This document shows positions 49,240 to 63,370 of a DNA stretch of 64,000 nt, piece by piece. The position numbers and the translations under genes were made by a program. The notes beneath the pieces were generated by a model. It was given only the letters and a program-made list of their open reading frames with translations. It searched no databases and had not been told where the DNA came from. How positions within the stretch are numbered: the first letter of the stretch is position 1; each line of letters opens with the position of its first letter. Source of the stretch: Eledone cirrhosa (lineage: Eukaryota); contig OZ024742.1 in assembly GCA_964016885.1 (NCBI GenBank), forward strand, positions 120,838,001-120,902,000. Reading direction: 5' to 3'.

Positions 49240-50780
49240 AGCATGGTGCTGAATGCTAATGATAATATAAAGAAATGGAAAACAACAACTTTAAAAGCAA
49301 AATAGAAGATTATATGCAAACTCAAAGCTTTGTTTGTGTCAGTCATTTGTAGTTATAATTTTAATGGATAAAGAAATTATTTGAAAGAAATTAAAAGTGT
49401 ACACTAATTGCAATTTACAAGGATATGTAATAAAAAAAAAAAAGTGGTCAGCCAGCCTTATTCCTCATAGGGAAAAGCTTTTGTCAACATGAATAACCAA
49501 ACACAAACACAATGATTAAATGTACATATTCTGCAAGCTGTTTGTTATTTCTGCTTGAAAGTCTTATCTATTTTTAAGACACATCAGATTAGAAAAATGG
49601 CAACATAAAGACACATTTACTGAAAGCAATGGCTAGTTTTATAGCTGCAAAAAAACAACTAATTGGTAAACATAATCCAAGGAGAAGCTGTGAATGGCAA
49701 TACTGAAGCAGCAAATACCCCCCAAGGAAAACATGGTTACACATCTTCACAAATACTTAATGTAGATGAAATAAGCCTATTTTGGAATCACTTGATATCA
49801 AGAAGTTACATTGTAAAAGATCAATAATTGATGACAGGTTCTACAATAGCTAAAGATCAGTTAATGTTATTGTTTGAATGTAACACCATTAGGATCTCTA
49901 AGTTAAGATCCATGCTTGTGCATTATGCTGAAAAATCCCAGATCACTTAAAGGCCTCATAAAAGTTACACTTCCATTCATGTAAAACAAATTTAAAAAGC
50001 TTGAGTTACTGCTTCACTCTTTGAAGATTGATTTTTGCATCACTTTGATTCTTGGAGTAAAAATTATACTGTGAAAATAAACGTATTCCATTTCAGCAGC
50101 TACTGATTGAAGATAATAGATTTTGTTATCTACAATCTCTACATTATGAATATCCTAATGTTAGATTAATGTTTATGTTGCCTAATACAATGTCACTTTT
50201 GCAACCAGTGGATCAAAGCAGTATTGCAACATTAAACTATTTTTGACACATATTTGATCAATCAATAAATACTATCAAGAAAGATGCTCAACAAAAAAAC
50301 AAAAAGAAACAAAAATGGAAATCATTTAATGTTCTGAATGCAGTATAAATAATTTTTTAAAAAAAGCCTGGAATAAAGTTACATAAAAAAATATAAGTCA
50401 TTTAGGATAAACTCTGCCCTCCAATCATTAACAATTTTTTAAATTTGAAGACCAGAAAAAGTTGTTTGAAATTAAACAGAAGTGGTTATTGCTAGTCTTG
50501 ACATTACTACGAATAAAATAAAGGATCTGTTTCAATCACATAACCAAGAATTCATTGGAATAGAAGATTATGAAGAAGCTGAAGAAGATCTAACGATGAA
50601 ACTCCTGTTCATTACTTCAATCTCAAAGGGATCAATGAAGCCTTTTCATACATTCAAAAATTGATTGAGATTTTCAAATCCTAAAATTAAAATTTCAAGT
50701 AGAAAAGTTGATGAAGATCTAAATACATTTCATGTTTGCTATAAGGAAATTTATAAAGTAAAGAAGACTGTCATGAATAC
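49240..50780 (+). pseudogene. Decayed pogo/Tigger transposase (CENP-B-type HTH and DDE_1 domain)
   Basis: QGEAVNGNTEAA, GYTSSQILNVDEISLFWN, AKDQLMLLFECN, FMLPNTMSLLQPVDQ; many stops and frameshifts; ends approximate. Confidence 0.82.
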
Positions 50781-51609
50781 AGGCAATCCTTGATGCATTT
50801 ATAAAGAAAAAAGATACTATTTTTATTTCAAATGAACCAAATACAAGAGGCAAAGCAACATCAAGCAAGGAAGCCAATATAAGAAGCAAAACAATATTGA
50901 GTTATAAATATAAAAAAGTAATGCCATTTCATTGCTTATTATTTGTAAAAGATTTAGGGCGGTGGATTGGCAGTATCGGTAGAGTGTCGGACGCCATGCT
51001 TTGCAGCATAGAGTTACGGACCTTTATGATATGAGCTCAAATCCCGCCGAGGTTAACTTTGCCTTTCATCCTTATAGGGTCGATAAAATAAAGTACCAGT
51101 CATGCACTGGGGTCGATTCTTCCCCCCAAAATTACTGGCCTTGTGCCTATATAAGAAACCATTATTTGTAAAAGATTTAGATCTATTAAATCATGGATTA
51201 TATCTAATCTATTCATTTCATTTCATTTCCGCTTTTTCCCTGCTTGCAAGGGTGGGACAGGAACTGATTCTGACTTGATTTCTACAGCTGGATGCCCTTC
51301 TTAACACCAACCTCCTTTCTACAGTGGAGTAAACTGGAGCAATGTAAAATAAAGTGTCTTGTTCAAGGAAACAAGACATCATCCAGTCTGAGAATTGAAC
51401 TCACAACCTTTCGATTGCAAGACCAATGCTCTAACCACTAAGCCATGTGCCTCCTTATAGTTATATGATTCTTATTTAACACTTTAAAATGTCTTATGCC
51501 AATGTAACTGCTATTTACACCATTGTTTTTATGTAAATGAAGCTTCATACATAAATTGTTGTTGTTGAGGTATTGCTGCAATATAAAACTTTAACCATCT
51601 ACAATACAG

Positions 51610-54600
51610 CCATGTAACAGTTAGTAACTACTAACATGAGAGTACTGTGTAACAGTTAGTGACTACTAACATAACAGTACTGTGTAACAGTTAGTGACTA
51701 CCAACATAACAGAGTAATGTGTAACAGTTAGTGACTACCAACATAACAGAGTAATGTGTAACAGTTAGTGACTACCAACATAACAGTACTGTGTAACAGT
51801 TAGTCACTACTAACATAACAGTACTGTGTAACAGTTAGTGACTACTAACATAACAGTACTGTGTAAGAGTTAGTGACTACTAACATAACAGTACTGTGTA
51901 ACAGTTAGTGACTACCAACATAACAGAGTACTGTGCAAAGTTAGTGACTACCAACATAACAGTACTGTGTAACAGTTAGTGACTACCAACATAACAGAGT
52001 ACTGTGTAACAGTTAGTAACTACTAACATAAGAGTACTGTGTAACAGTTAGTGACTACTAACATAACAGAGTACTGTGTAACAGTTAGTGACTACCAACA
52101 TAACAGAGTAATGTGTAACAGTTACTAACTACTAACATAACAGTACTGTGTAACAGCTAGTGACTACCAACATAACAGAGTACTGTGTAACAGTTAGTCA
52201 CTACCAACATAACAGAGTACTGTGTAACAGTTAGTAACTACCAACATATCAGAGTACTGTGTAACAGTTAGTAACTACCAACATAACAGAGTACTGTGTA
52301 ACAGTTAGTAACTACTAACATAACAGTACTGTGTAGCAGTTAGTGACTACTAACATAACAGAGTACTGTGTAACAGTTAGTAACTACTAACATAACAGTA
52401 CTGTGTAACAGTAACTACCAATATAACAGTACTGTGTAACAGTTAGTGACTACTAACATAACAGAGTACTGTGTAACAGTTAGTGACTACTAACATAACA
52501 GTACTGTGTAACAGTTAGTGACTACCAACATAACAGAGTACTGTGTAACAGTTAGTAACTACTAACATAACAGAGTACTGTGTAACAGTTAGTCACTACT
52601 AACATAACAGTATTGTGTAACAGTTAGTAACTACTAACATAACAGTGTACTGTGTAACAGTTAGTGACTACTAACATAACAGTACTGTGTAACAGTTAGT
52701 GACTACTAACATAACAGAGTACTGTGTAACAGTTAGTGACTACCAACATAACAGTACTGTGTAACAGTTAGTGACTACTAACATAACAGAGTACTGTGTA
52801 ACAGTTAGTGACTACCAACATAACAGTACTGTGTAACAGTTAGTGACTACCAACATAACAGTACTGTGTAAGAGTTAGTGACTACTAACATAACAGAGTA
52901 CTGTGTAACAGTTAGTGACTACCAACATAACAGTACTGTGTAACAGTTAGTGACTACCAACATAACAGTGTACTGTGTAACAGTTAGTGACTACCAACAT
53001 ATCAGAGTACTGTGTAACAGTTAGTGACTACTAACATAACAGAGTACTGTGTAACAGTTAGTGACTACCAACATAACAGTACTGTGTAACAGTTAGTGAC
53101 TACCAACATAACAGAGTACTGTGTAACAGTTAGTGACTACTAACATAACAGAGTACTGTGTAACAGTTAGTGACTACTAACATAACAGAGTACTGTGTAA
53201 CAGTTAGTGACTACTAACATAACAGAGTACTGTGTAACAGTTAGTCACTACCAACATAACAGTACTGTGTAACAGTTAGTGACTACTAACATAACAGTAC
53301 TGTGTAACAGTTAGTGACTACCAACATAACAGTACTGAGTAACAGTTAGTGACTACCAACATATCAGAGTACTGTGTAACAGTTAGTGACTACCAACATA
53401 TCAGAGTACTGTGTAACAGTTAGTGACTACCAACATAACAGAGTACTGAGTAACAGTTAGTGACTACCAACATATCAGAGTACTGAGTAACAGTTAGTGA
53501 CTACCAACATATCAGAGTACTGTGTAACAGTTAGTGACTACCAACATAACAGAGTACTGAGTAACAGTTAGTGACTACCAACATATCAGAGTACTGAGTA
53601 ACAGTTAGTGACTACCAACATATCAGAGTACTGTGTAACAGTTAGTGACTACCAACATAACAGAGTACTGTGTAACAGTTAGTGACTACCAACATAACAG
53701 TACTGTGTAACAGTTAGTGACTACCAACATAACAGAGTACTGTGTAACAGTTAGTGACTACTAACATAACAGAGTACTGTATAACAGTTAGTCACTACCA
53801 ACATAACAGAGTACTGTGTAACAGTTAGTGACTACCAACATATGAGAGTACTGTGTAACAGTTAGTGACTACTAACATAACAGAGTACTGTGTAACAGTT
53901 AGTGACTACCAACATAACAGTGTACTGTGTAACAGTTAGTCACTACTAACATAACAGAGTACTGTGTAACAGTTAGTCACTACTAACATAACAGAGTACT
54001 GTGTAACAGTTAGTCACTACTAACATAACAGAGTACTGTGTAACAGTTAGTCACTACTAACATAACAGTACTGTGTAACAGTTAGTGACTAGCAACATAA
54101 CAGAGTACTGTGTAACAGTTAGTGACTACCAACATAACAGAGTACTGTGTAACAGTTAGTGACTACCAACATAACAGAGTACTGTGTAACAGTTAATGAC
54201 TACCAACATAACAGTACTGTGTAACAGTTAGTGACTACCAACATAACAGAGTACTGTGTAACAGTTAGTGACTACCAACATAACAGTACTGTGTAACAGT
54301 TAGTGACTACTAACATAACAGAGTACTGTGTAACAGTTAGTCACTATTAACATAACAGTACTGTGTAACAGTTAGTGACTACGAACATAACAGAGTACTG
54401 TGTCACAGTTAGTGACTACCAACATAACAGTACTGTGTAGCAGTTAGTGACTACCAACATATCAGAGTACTGTGTAACAGTTAGTCACTACTAACATAAC
54501 AGAGTACTGTGTAACAGTTAGTCACTACTAACATAACAGAGTACTGTGTAACAGTTAGTCACTACTAACATAACAGAGTACTGTGTAACAGTTAGTCACT

Positions 54601-57600
54601 ATTAACATAACAGAGTACTGTGTAACAGTTAGTGACTACCAACATAACAGAGTACTGTGTCACAGTTAGTGACTACCAACATAACAGTACTGTGTAGCAG
54701 TTAGTGACTACCAACATATCAGAGTACTGTGTAACAGTTAGTCACTACTAACATAACAGAGTACTGTGTAACAGTTAGTCACTACTAACATAACAGAGTA
54801 CTGTGTAACAGTTAGTCACTACTAACATAACAGAGTACTGTGTAACAGTTAGTCACTACTAACATAACAGAGTACTGTGTAACAGTTAGTCACTACCAAC
54901 ATAACAGAGTACTGTGTAACAGTTAGTGACTACTAACATAACAGAGTACTGTGTAACAGTTAATGACTACCAACATAACAGAGTACTGTGTAACAGTTAG
55001 TGACTACCAACATAACAGTGTACTGTGTAACAGTTAGTGACTACTAACATAACAGAGTACTGTGTAACAGTTAGTAACTACCAACATAACAGTACTGTGT
55101 AACAGTTAGTGACTACCAACATATCAGAGTACTGTGTAACAGTTAGTCACTACTAACATAACAGTACTGTGTAACAGTTAGTGACTACTAACATAACAGT
55201 ACCGTGTAACAGTTAGTGACTACTAACATAACAGTACTGTGTAACAGTTAGTGACTACCAACATAACAGTGTACTGTGTAACAGTTAGTGACTACCAACA
55301 TAACAGAGTACTGTGTCACAGTTAGTCACTACTAACATAACAGTACTGTGTAACAGTTAGTGACTACTAACATAACAGAGTACTGTGTAACAGTTAGTGA
55401 CTACCAACATAACAGTACTGTGTAACAGTTAGTGACTACCAACATAACAGTACTGTGTAACAGTTAGTGACTACCAACATAACAGAGTACTGTGTAACAG
55501 TTAGTGACTACCAACATAACAGTACTGTGTAACAGTTAGTGACTACTAACATAACAGAGTACTGTGTAACAGTTAGTGACTACCAACATAACAGTACTGT
55601 TTAACAGTTAGTGACTACCAACATAACAGTACTGTGTAACAGTTAGTGACTACTAACATAACAGAGTACTGTGTAACAGTTAGTGACTACCAACATAACA
55701 GTACTGTGTAACAGTTAGTGACTACCAACATAACAGTACTGTGTAACAGTTAGTGACTACTAACATAACAGAGTACTGTGTAACAGTTAGTGACTACCAA
55801 CATAACAGTACTGTGTAACAGTTAGTGACTACCAACATAACAGTACTGTGTAACAGTTAGTGACTACTAACATAACAGAGTACTGTGTAACAGTTAGTGA
55901 CTACCAACATAACAGTACTGTGTAACAGTTAGTGACTACCAACATAACAGTGTACTGTGTAACAGTTAGTGACTACGAACATATCAGAGTACTGTGTAAC
56001 AGTTAGTGACTACTAACATAACAGAGTACTGTGTAACAGTTAGTGACTACCAACATAACAGAGTACTGTGTAACAGTTAGTGACTACCAACATAACAGAG
56101 TACTGTGTAACAGTTAGTGACTACCAACATAACAGAGTACTGTGTAACAGTTAGTGACTACCAACATAACAGTACTGTGTAACAGTTAGTGACTACCAAC
56201 ATAACAGTACTGTGTAACAGTTAGTGACTACTAACATAACAGAGTACTGTGTAACAGTTAGTGACTACCAACATAACAGTACTGTGTAACAGTTAGTGAC
56301 TACTAACATAACAGAGTACTGTGTAACAGTTAGTGACTACCAACATAACAGTACTGTGTAACAGTTAGTGACTACCAACATAACAGTACTGTGTAAGAGT
56401 TAGTGACTACTAACATAACAGAGTACTGTGTAACAGTTAGTGACTACCAACATAACAGTACTGTGTAACAGTTAGTGACTACCAACATAACAGTGTACTG
56501 TGTAACAGTTAGTGACTACCAACATATCAGAGTACTGTGTAACAGTTAGTGACTACTAACATAACAGAGTACTGTGTAACAGTTAGTGACTACCAACATA
56601 ACAGAGTACTGTGTAACAGTTAGTGACTACCAACATAACAGTACTGTGTAACAGTTAGTGACTACCAACATAACAGAGTACTGTGTAACAGTTAGTGACT
56701 ACCAACATAACAGTACTGTGTAACAGTTAGTGACTACTAACATAACAGTACTGTGTAACAGTTAGTGACTACCAACATAACAGAGTACTATGTAACAGTT
56801 AGTGACTACCAACATAACAGAGTACTGTGTAACAGTTAGTGACTACCAACATAACAGAGTACTGTGTAACAGTTAGTGACTAGCAACATAACAGAGTACT
56901 GTGTAACAGTTAGTCACTACTAACATAACAGTACTGTTAACAGTTAGTGACTACCAACATAACAGTACTGTGTAACAGTTAGTGACTACCAACATAACAG
57001 TACTGTGTAACAGTTAGTGACTACCAACATAACAGAGTACTGTGTAACAGTTAGTGACTACTAACATAACAGTACTGTGTAACAGTTAGTGACTACTAAC
57101 ATAACAGTACTGTGTAACAGTTAGTGACTACTAACATAACAGTACTGTGTAACAGTAACTACCAACATAACAGTACTGTGTAACAGTAACTACCAACATA
57201 ACAGTACTGTGTAACAGTAACTACCAACATAACAGTACTGTGTAACAGTAACTACCAACATAACAGTACTGTGTAACAGTTAGTGACTACTAACATAACA
57301 GTACTGTGTAACAGTAACTACCAACATAACAGTACTGTGTAACAGTAACTACCAACATAACAGTACTGTGTAACAGTTAGTGACTACTAACATAACAGTA
57401 CTGTGTAACAGTAACTACCAACATAACAGTACTGTGTAACAGTAACTACCAACATAACAGTACTGTGTAACAGTAACTACCAACATAACAGTACTGTGTA
57501 ACAGTTAGTGACTACTAACATAACAGTACTGTGTAACAGTAACTACCAACATAACAGTACTGTGTAACAGTAACTACCAACATAACAGTACTGTGTAACA

Positions 57601-58184
57601 GATAGTGACTACTAACATAACAGTACTGTCTAACAGTTAGTAACTACCAACATAACAGTACTGTGTAACAGTAACTACCAACATAACAGTACTGTGTAAC
57701 AGTAACTACCAACATAACAGTACTGTGTAACAGTAACTACCAACATAACAGTACTGTGTAACAGTAACTACCAACATAACAGTACTGTGTAACAGTAACT
57801 ACCAACATAACAGTACTGTGTAACAATGACTACCAACATAACAGAGTACTGTGTAACAGTTAGTGACTACTAACATAACAGTACTGTGTAACAGTAACTA
57901 CCAACATAACAGTACTGTGTAACAGTAACTACCAACATAACAGTACTGTGTAACAGTAACTACCAACATAACAGTACTGTGTAACAGTAACTACCAACAT
58001 AACAGTACTGTGTAACAGTAACTACCAACATAACAGTACTGTGTAACAGTAACTACCAACATAACAGTACTGTGTAACAGTAACTACCAACATAACAGTA
58101 CTGTGTAACAGTAACTACCAACATAACAGTACTGTGTAACAATGACTACCAACATAACAGAGTACTGTGTAACAGATAGTGACT
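51610..58184. repeat. About 6.6-kb satellite of 35/37-bp units (gtactgtgtaacagttagtgactaccaacataaca[ga]) shifting to a 31-bp variant after about 57150
   Basis: Directly visible tandem array without unique spacers. Confidence 0.98.
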
Positions 58185-58592
58185 TTTATTTGTCAACATA
58201 TAGAGTGATTAATTATTAATCATAGTATTACAAATAAAAAGAGAAAAAAACAAACAGGCAGGTAATACACACATCTAGGACCACATACAACAAAAGGCAG
58301 GTGAAAGAGGTAGACAAACGAACCGGCGCTGACAAAACAAAAGAGAACGATATTGCGAGGAGAACTGGAAAACCTCTCTAATAATTTTTTAGGCAAGCCA
58401 GCACACTCGCAGTGATACCTCGGGTGATGGTAAGGCCGATGTGCTAGAACAGCCAAGTGCCTTCGCGAGCATCACCAGTTATTTTTGTTAGGTGAGCCAC
58501 CAGAGATGACAAGAATCTCCTGTGGCCTGACTCCCCCAAACATATTGAACACCACAGGTTGGAAAAAGTAGTCAACCGACAAATCCCAGTAT
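58185..58592 (-). mobile_element. 5'-truncated CRE-like (RLE-type) non-LTR retrotransposon 3' end with 8-bp TSD
   Basis: Minus strand reads RRFLSSLVAHLTKITGDAREGTWLF*HIGLTITRGITASVL, like the CRE C-terminal motif TGDxRExxWLxQRxxxxxxRGNAxS; TSD tagtgact at 58177-58184 and 58593-58600. Confidence 0.7.
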
Positions 58593-59644
58593 TAGTGACT
58601 ACCAACATAAAAGAAACATGGATTATATACATCCACTCTCACATGTTTGTTTTATACTAAATAAATAATAATTGAGTCTTTTAATTCCATTAACTATTGT
58701 TTCTTTTTTAACATAACATAATATTTAAAGTTTTCATGTAAACTAGATATTGCCAATACTGATGGCAGCCTCCACCTGAACATGACATCTTGCCTGATAT
58801 TTCAGGGTTCATAGTCAAGGAAATAAAGATGTCTGTGAAGAAGGCAAGACTTAAAAGTACTCATCATAATAATGGTTTCTACTTTAGGCACAAGGCCAGC
58901 AATTTTAGGGAAGGGAAAGTCGATTAAATCGCCTCCAGTGCATTACTGGTGTTTTATTTTATTGACCCCATAAGTATAAAAGGCAAAGCTAACCTTGGCA
59001 GGATTTGAACTCAGAACATAAAGGGCCATAACTCTATGCCGCGAAGCTGGTTTTCGACGCTCTACCGATAATGCCAATCCACTGCCCTCACAGTACTCAT
59101 GATAATAATTGTTTCTACTTTTGGCACAAGGTCAGCAATTATCCCAGTGCATTACTGGTACTCTATTTTATCGACCCTGTAAGGATGAAAGGCAAAGTTA
59201 ACCTCGGCAAGATTTGAAATCAGAACGCAAAGAGTCATAACTCTATGCTGCAAAGCATGGTGTCTGACACTTTACCGATACTGTAATACAATTATATCAT
59301 ATCAGATTTATAAACACTGTTCTGACATTATCAGTGTTGTTAAGCTTGTTTCAACAAGTATAGAAAGTATAAGCTATGATATATGAGTGATAGTTACATG
59401 ATCAATGTGAGCATGATTGATTGACAAGGAAGGCAGCAAAAGACCATGTAAGACAACAAGCAAAACAAAAGCCTAAAACAAGATTTCAGTCGTGCATGTG
59501 ATAGTTGACTGTAAAGTAAAAGTAGGTTTAGCAAATGTATTATTTCCAAACCTCATTTTAATAGCAAAATAATGCCTGGGATATATGCTATAGCAAAAAG
59601 AATTTTAGTCATCATGTTGGCTATGTAATATGAATGTTATATAA

Positions 59645-60310
59645 CAGGGACATGCAACAGGTGGCTCATGGGCCACATTCCGGCCCGCCAGACCAGTCAG
59701 AGTGGCCTGCGATTTTTTACCTTGTAGGCTTATTTAGAATTTTTTTCATAACCGTAATACAATTTTCTGTTAGTTGACCTATACTAAAGTGCTTCACTGA
59801 TAGGGTTATGTGTGTTATAATTTCCCAGTTCCATGTTATATAATAATGAAATTATTGTGTAAAGAGCTCAGGTGCACTACAACTCATTAAAGGTGCATGT
59901 ATAGTACATAGAATAATATACAAATGTCAGGGAAGTGAATAGTGTATGAGTCATGATATACATGTGTGTATGTGTATGGGGAGTAATATTAGGTGTAGTG
60001 TTGGCGAAACTCAGGAAGCATGGAGGTTTTAAAGGATGCAGTGTTTCGACAGCTAAGAATTGATGCAGGTAGTTTGTTCCATGCTTCAGTAACTGAGCGT
60101 GAAAAATTATTTCCGAAACTCACGGGAGCTGTGCTGTTTTCTTACTTTGTGGGCATGCCCACGTGTGTTAGACACATGGAAATCAAAAAGGTACTCAGGG
60201 TTGTTGTTGGCAAGATGGTTAATCATTTTGTGGTGATAAGTATCAATGGCCCTAATTGTTGTTCCAATGTTCAAAAGTGGCCCGCCAATGGAATAAGTTG
60301 CACACTCTTG
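59645..60310. mobile_element. hAT (Charlie-like) non-autonomous element with a nested CR1 3' end (about 59840-60243)
   Basis: Imperfect TIR cagggacatgcaac / gttgcacactcttg; subterminal ggcccg motifs; TSD ttatataa / ttatatag. Confidence 0.72.
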
Positions 60311-61729
60311 TTATATAGAATAGAGTCATAAAAAAGGTGTCTGAAAACTTTAGAGTTGCAGGCTTTGTAAGATATTGCTAATCATAAATCAGACTACATC
60401 TACGAAAAAATAATTTAACAAACTCTGTATGTAGTCAGAATACACTCTATATTACACTAAACAAATGAAAGTGATAGTGACAGATAAAGAAAAAGCAAAT
60501 TGATGAAATTAACAGAGTTTTTCCAAAAGATTGTTACAAAATCATAATAAAAATTTGTTATACAAAATGTGCTAAACTAAAAAGACAAAGGGCCATATGT
60601 TGCCAGAATGCCATAAGCTCTCCATTCTTGCCTTAGGGAGTCCTGAGAAACAGAAAGGTAGAAATGTACAACATTTCCAGTAGAGGTGTGATGCTAAGAA
60701 GTTGTAGTTAGGTCCTTACTATCTTACATTGCTGGCATAGGAATTGGTGAACATCAGCAATAATCCAAAAATGCCCCACCATAAATATGGCACAATTGAG
60801 AAATAAAGACTTAATATAAAAGTAAAGAATGTGCTGAAGTCATTGTCATCTTCAAAATGGTAGTGAATTGTTAGTGTCAGATAGAATGCTCTGCAGTATT
60901 CATTCAGTCTCTCTGCAATCTTGAGTTCATGTGTGTGAGTGTGTGTGAGTGTGGGTGTGAGTGTGAGTGCATATGTGAGAGTGTGAATGTGTGGGTGTGT
61001 GAGTGTATGTGTCTGTGTGCATGCATGCATGTGTATGTGTGTGAGTGTATGTGTGTCTGTATGTGCATGCATGGGTATATGTGTGTGAGTGTGGGCATGT
61101 GAGTGTGTGTATGTCAGTGTCTGTGTGTGCATGCATGTATGTATGTATGTGTGTGTGTGTAAATATTTTGCAAAGTAGAAACTTTCATATGATGGAAAAT
61201 GGGAAAATGTCTAATGATATCATAGATCCTATGGCATAGCACATAGCAACTTTAGAGATGATAATGATATTGATATAAATTACCAGAGAATAATTTGGAG
61301 ATTAGAAAGTTCTGCAATTAGTTTTATTATCTGAAGAATAGATCAGCAAGGAAACTTTAGGAGATAAATTAGTGCCATAATTTGATATACTTTTACCCAG
61401 TACCTATTCATTTCTCATAAAGCCACTTGTCAGATATTGACTCACCAAATCTTCAAGTCAGTTAGTATAAATGTAGAAAACCATTGTAGAGTGTAACTGA
61501 GGCATTTTTCCTTGAAATTGCAATTATTCGTACCTAGATATTTGATTGAGTGGTCTTATACAGATGGGGTTTGGTGGCTAAAGTGTTTATCATTTGATTT
61601 GCAGAAAGTCATTTTTATTCTAAATAACATGGCTATCTGCTTACTTGTCTATTTTAGAAAGCCAGTCATGATTGATTTTTTGGTATCTATACACACACAT
61701 GATGTATATACACATTATACATCCAGTGA

Positions 61730-62005
61730 AGTCTCCAGCCCACACTGTAAAGTGGTCGTGTAGGTGTCTTGGAAAAAGCACCCAGTCCACACTCTAAAGA
61801 GGTCATGTAGGCATCACAACAAAAAAAACCCTGTCCATACTGTAAATGAGGTTGGCACTAGGAAGGGCATCCAGCTGTAGAAACCAAGTCAAATTCAGTT
61901 CTGTAAGAGCAAAACATGGTCACCTGACCTGGCATTGTTCACAACAGGATAACTCGTCTAACCCATGCCAGCATGGAAAAATGGACGTTAAGGGATATGA
62001 TGATA
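61730..62005 (+). mobile_element. RTE 3' UTR fragment, tail-to-tail with the next copy
   Basis: ggttggcactaggaagggcatccagctgtagaaacc...atggacgttaa. Confidence 0.8.
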
Positions 62006-62024
62006 TATATATACATATATATAC

Positions 62025-63370
62025 ATCTTCATCATCACCATTTTTCCACTCAAGAATGGGTTAAACGAGTTGTATCGTTGTGAGACAAGCCAGGTCAGGT
62101 GACCATGTCTTGGACATACAAAACTGATTTTGGCTTGGTTTCTATAGCTGGATGCCCTTCCTAACTGCATTTATAGTGTGTGCTGGGTGCTTTTTGTCAT
62201 GACATCTACATGACCACTTTACAGTGTGAGCTGAGCACTTTTTGTCGTGTCACCTTGACAGTGAGTGCTTGGTACTTGGGTGGGAGAAGGTGTGTGGAGA
62301 TTGAAGAGATAGATCTAGTATCATGTGTGGGGCGGAGTTTTAGGGTGTAGTAATAGGATGTGGGAGGTGTATAGAAGGGGGGGGGGGATATGGAGGTGAA
62401 GGTGATGCAGATTAGATGTATGCTTCAACCTGTGCTCATGGGAATGTGGGTCTTCTGTATTACTGCATCGCCAAAGATCTTGGTCCTATGTAATTGCTTT
62501 TGAGAGGTGCGATTGTGCAAGTTCAGCTTTTTTCACCTCATTCCATGTCTTCCTACTCCATAGCTTCCATTAATTTTGAGCACTCCACACCTTTTTATAC
62601 AGCTGTCATCCTTCATATGGATCACATGTCTATACCAATGCAATCTCCTCTCTAGTATACTGCATCTGATCCCTCTTAAAGTTTCTCACTCAGTTCATTT
62701 ATGCTTTGCCGTTAATCATACATCCATTGAGACATGGAAGCTTCCTTTCTTTCCAATCTTCACAGATCCTCTGCACAGTGCCCAGGTCTCACGAGCATGC
62801 AACATTGCTGTTCATATACATGCATCATATAATCTGCCCTTCATTCTGAAGGAAAACCCTTTTGTAGCTAGTGGTAGCAGCTCCCTGAACTTTTTCCATC
62901 CCATTCTCACTCTGGCTACTGTACTTTCAGAACACCCACCTCCACTGCCAATTTGGTCATCCAGGTAGCAGAAATTGTTGACTGCTTCCACAGTACCTTC
63001 TAAGAATTTGATAGCACTAGTTTCCCGTGGGCATTTGCTGTTTGCTGCTTCTGTGCAGCAGCCACATGTAAAACCTACATTCTTAGCTAATCACCAACCT
63101 GGGATCCCACATCTCTCGTATACCCATAGTTTGCATTTGGGACAGAGGATGGAATTTCTACCTAAGCCTTTCCTACATACTGAGCAAGGCCATTCAATAT
63201 ACTAGGTTGACTTTAAGACCCTTTGAATGATTTCAGAATTGAAATTTCTTCTTCAGCTAGAAGTGTGAGATCATCTGCAAACAGGAGTTATAGCCTGCAG
63301 AACAATAATAAACTGGAGGGGGCTAACAACACCTACACGCATGCTAAATTCTTCACTATAGTCATTTTTA
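62025..63370 (-). pseudogene. Third decayed RTE copy (RT C-terminus, PHD-like remnant, 3' UTR)
   Basis: Collinear with about 23471-24930 of the intact element. Confidence 0.85.

Noticed and set aside
51610-58184. CRISPR-like periodicity of 35-37 bp
   Set aside because: No unique spacers, no cas genes, eukaryotic context.
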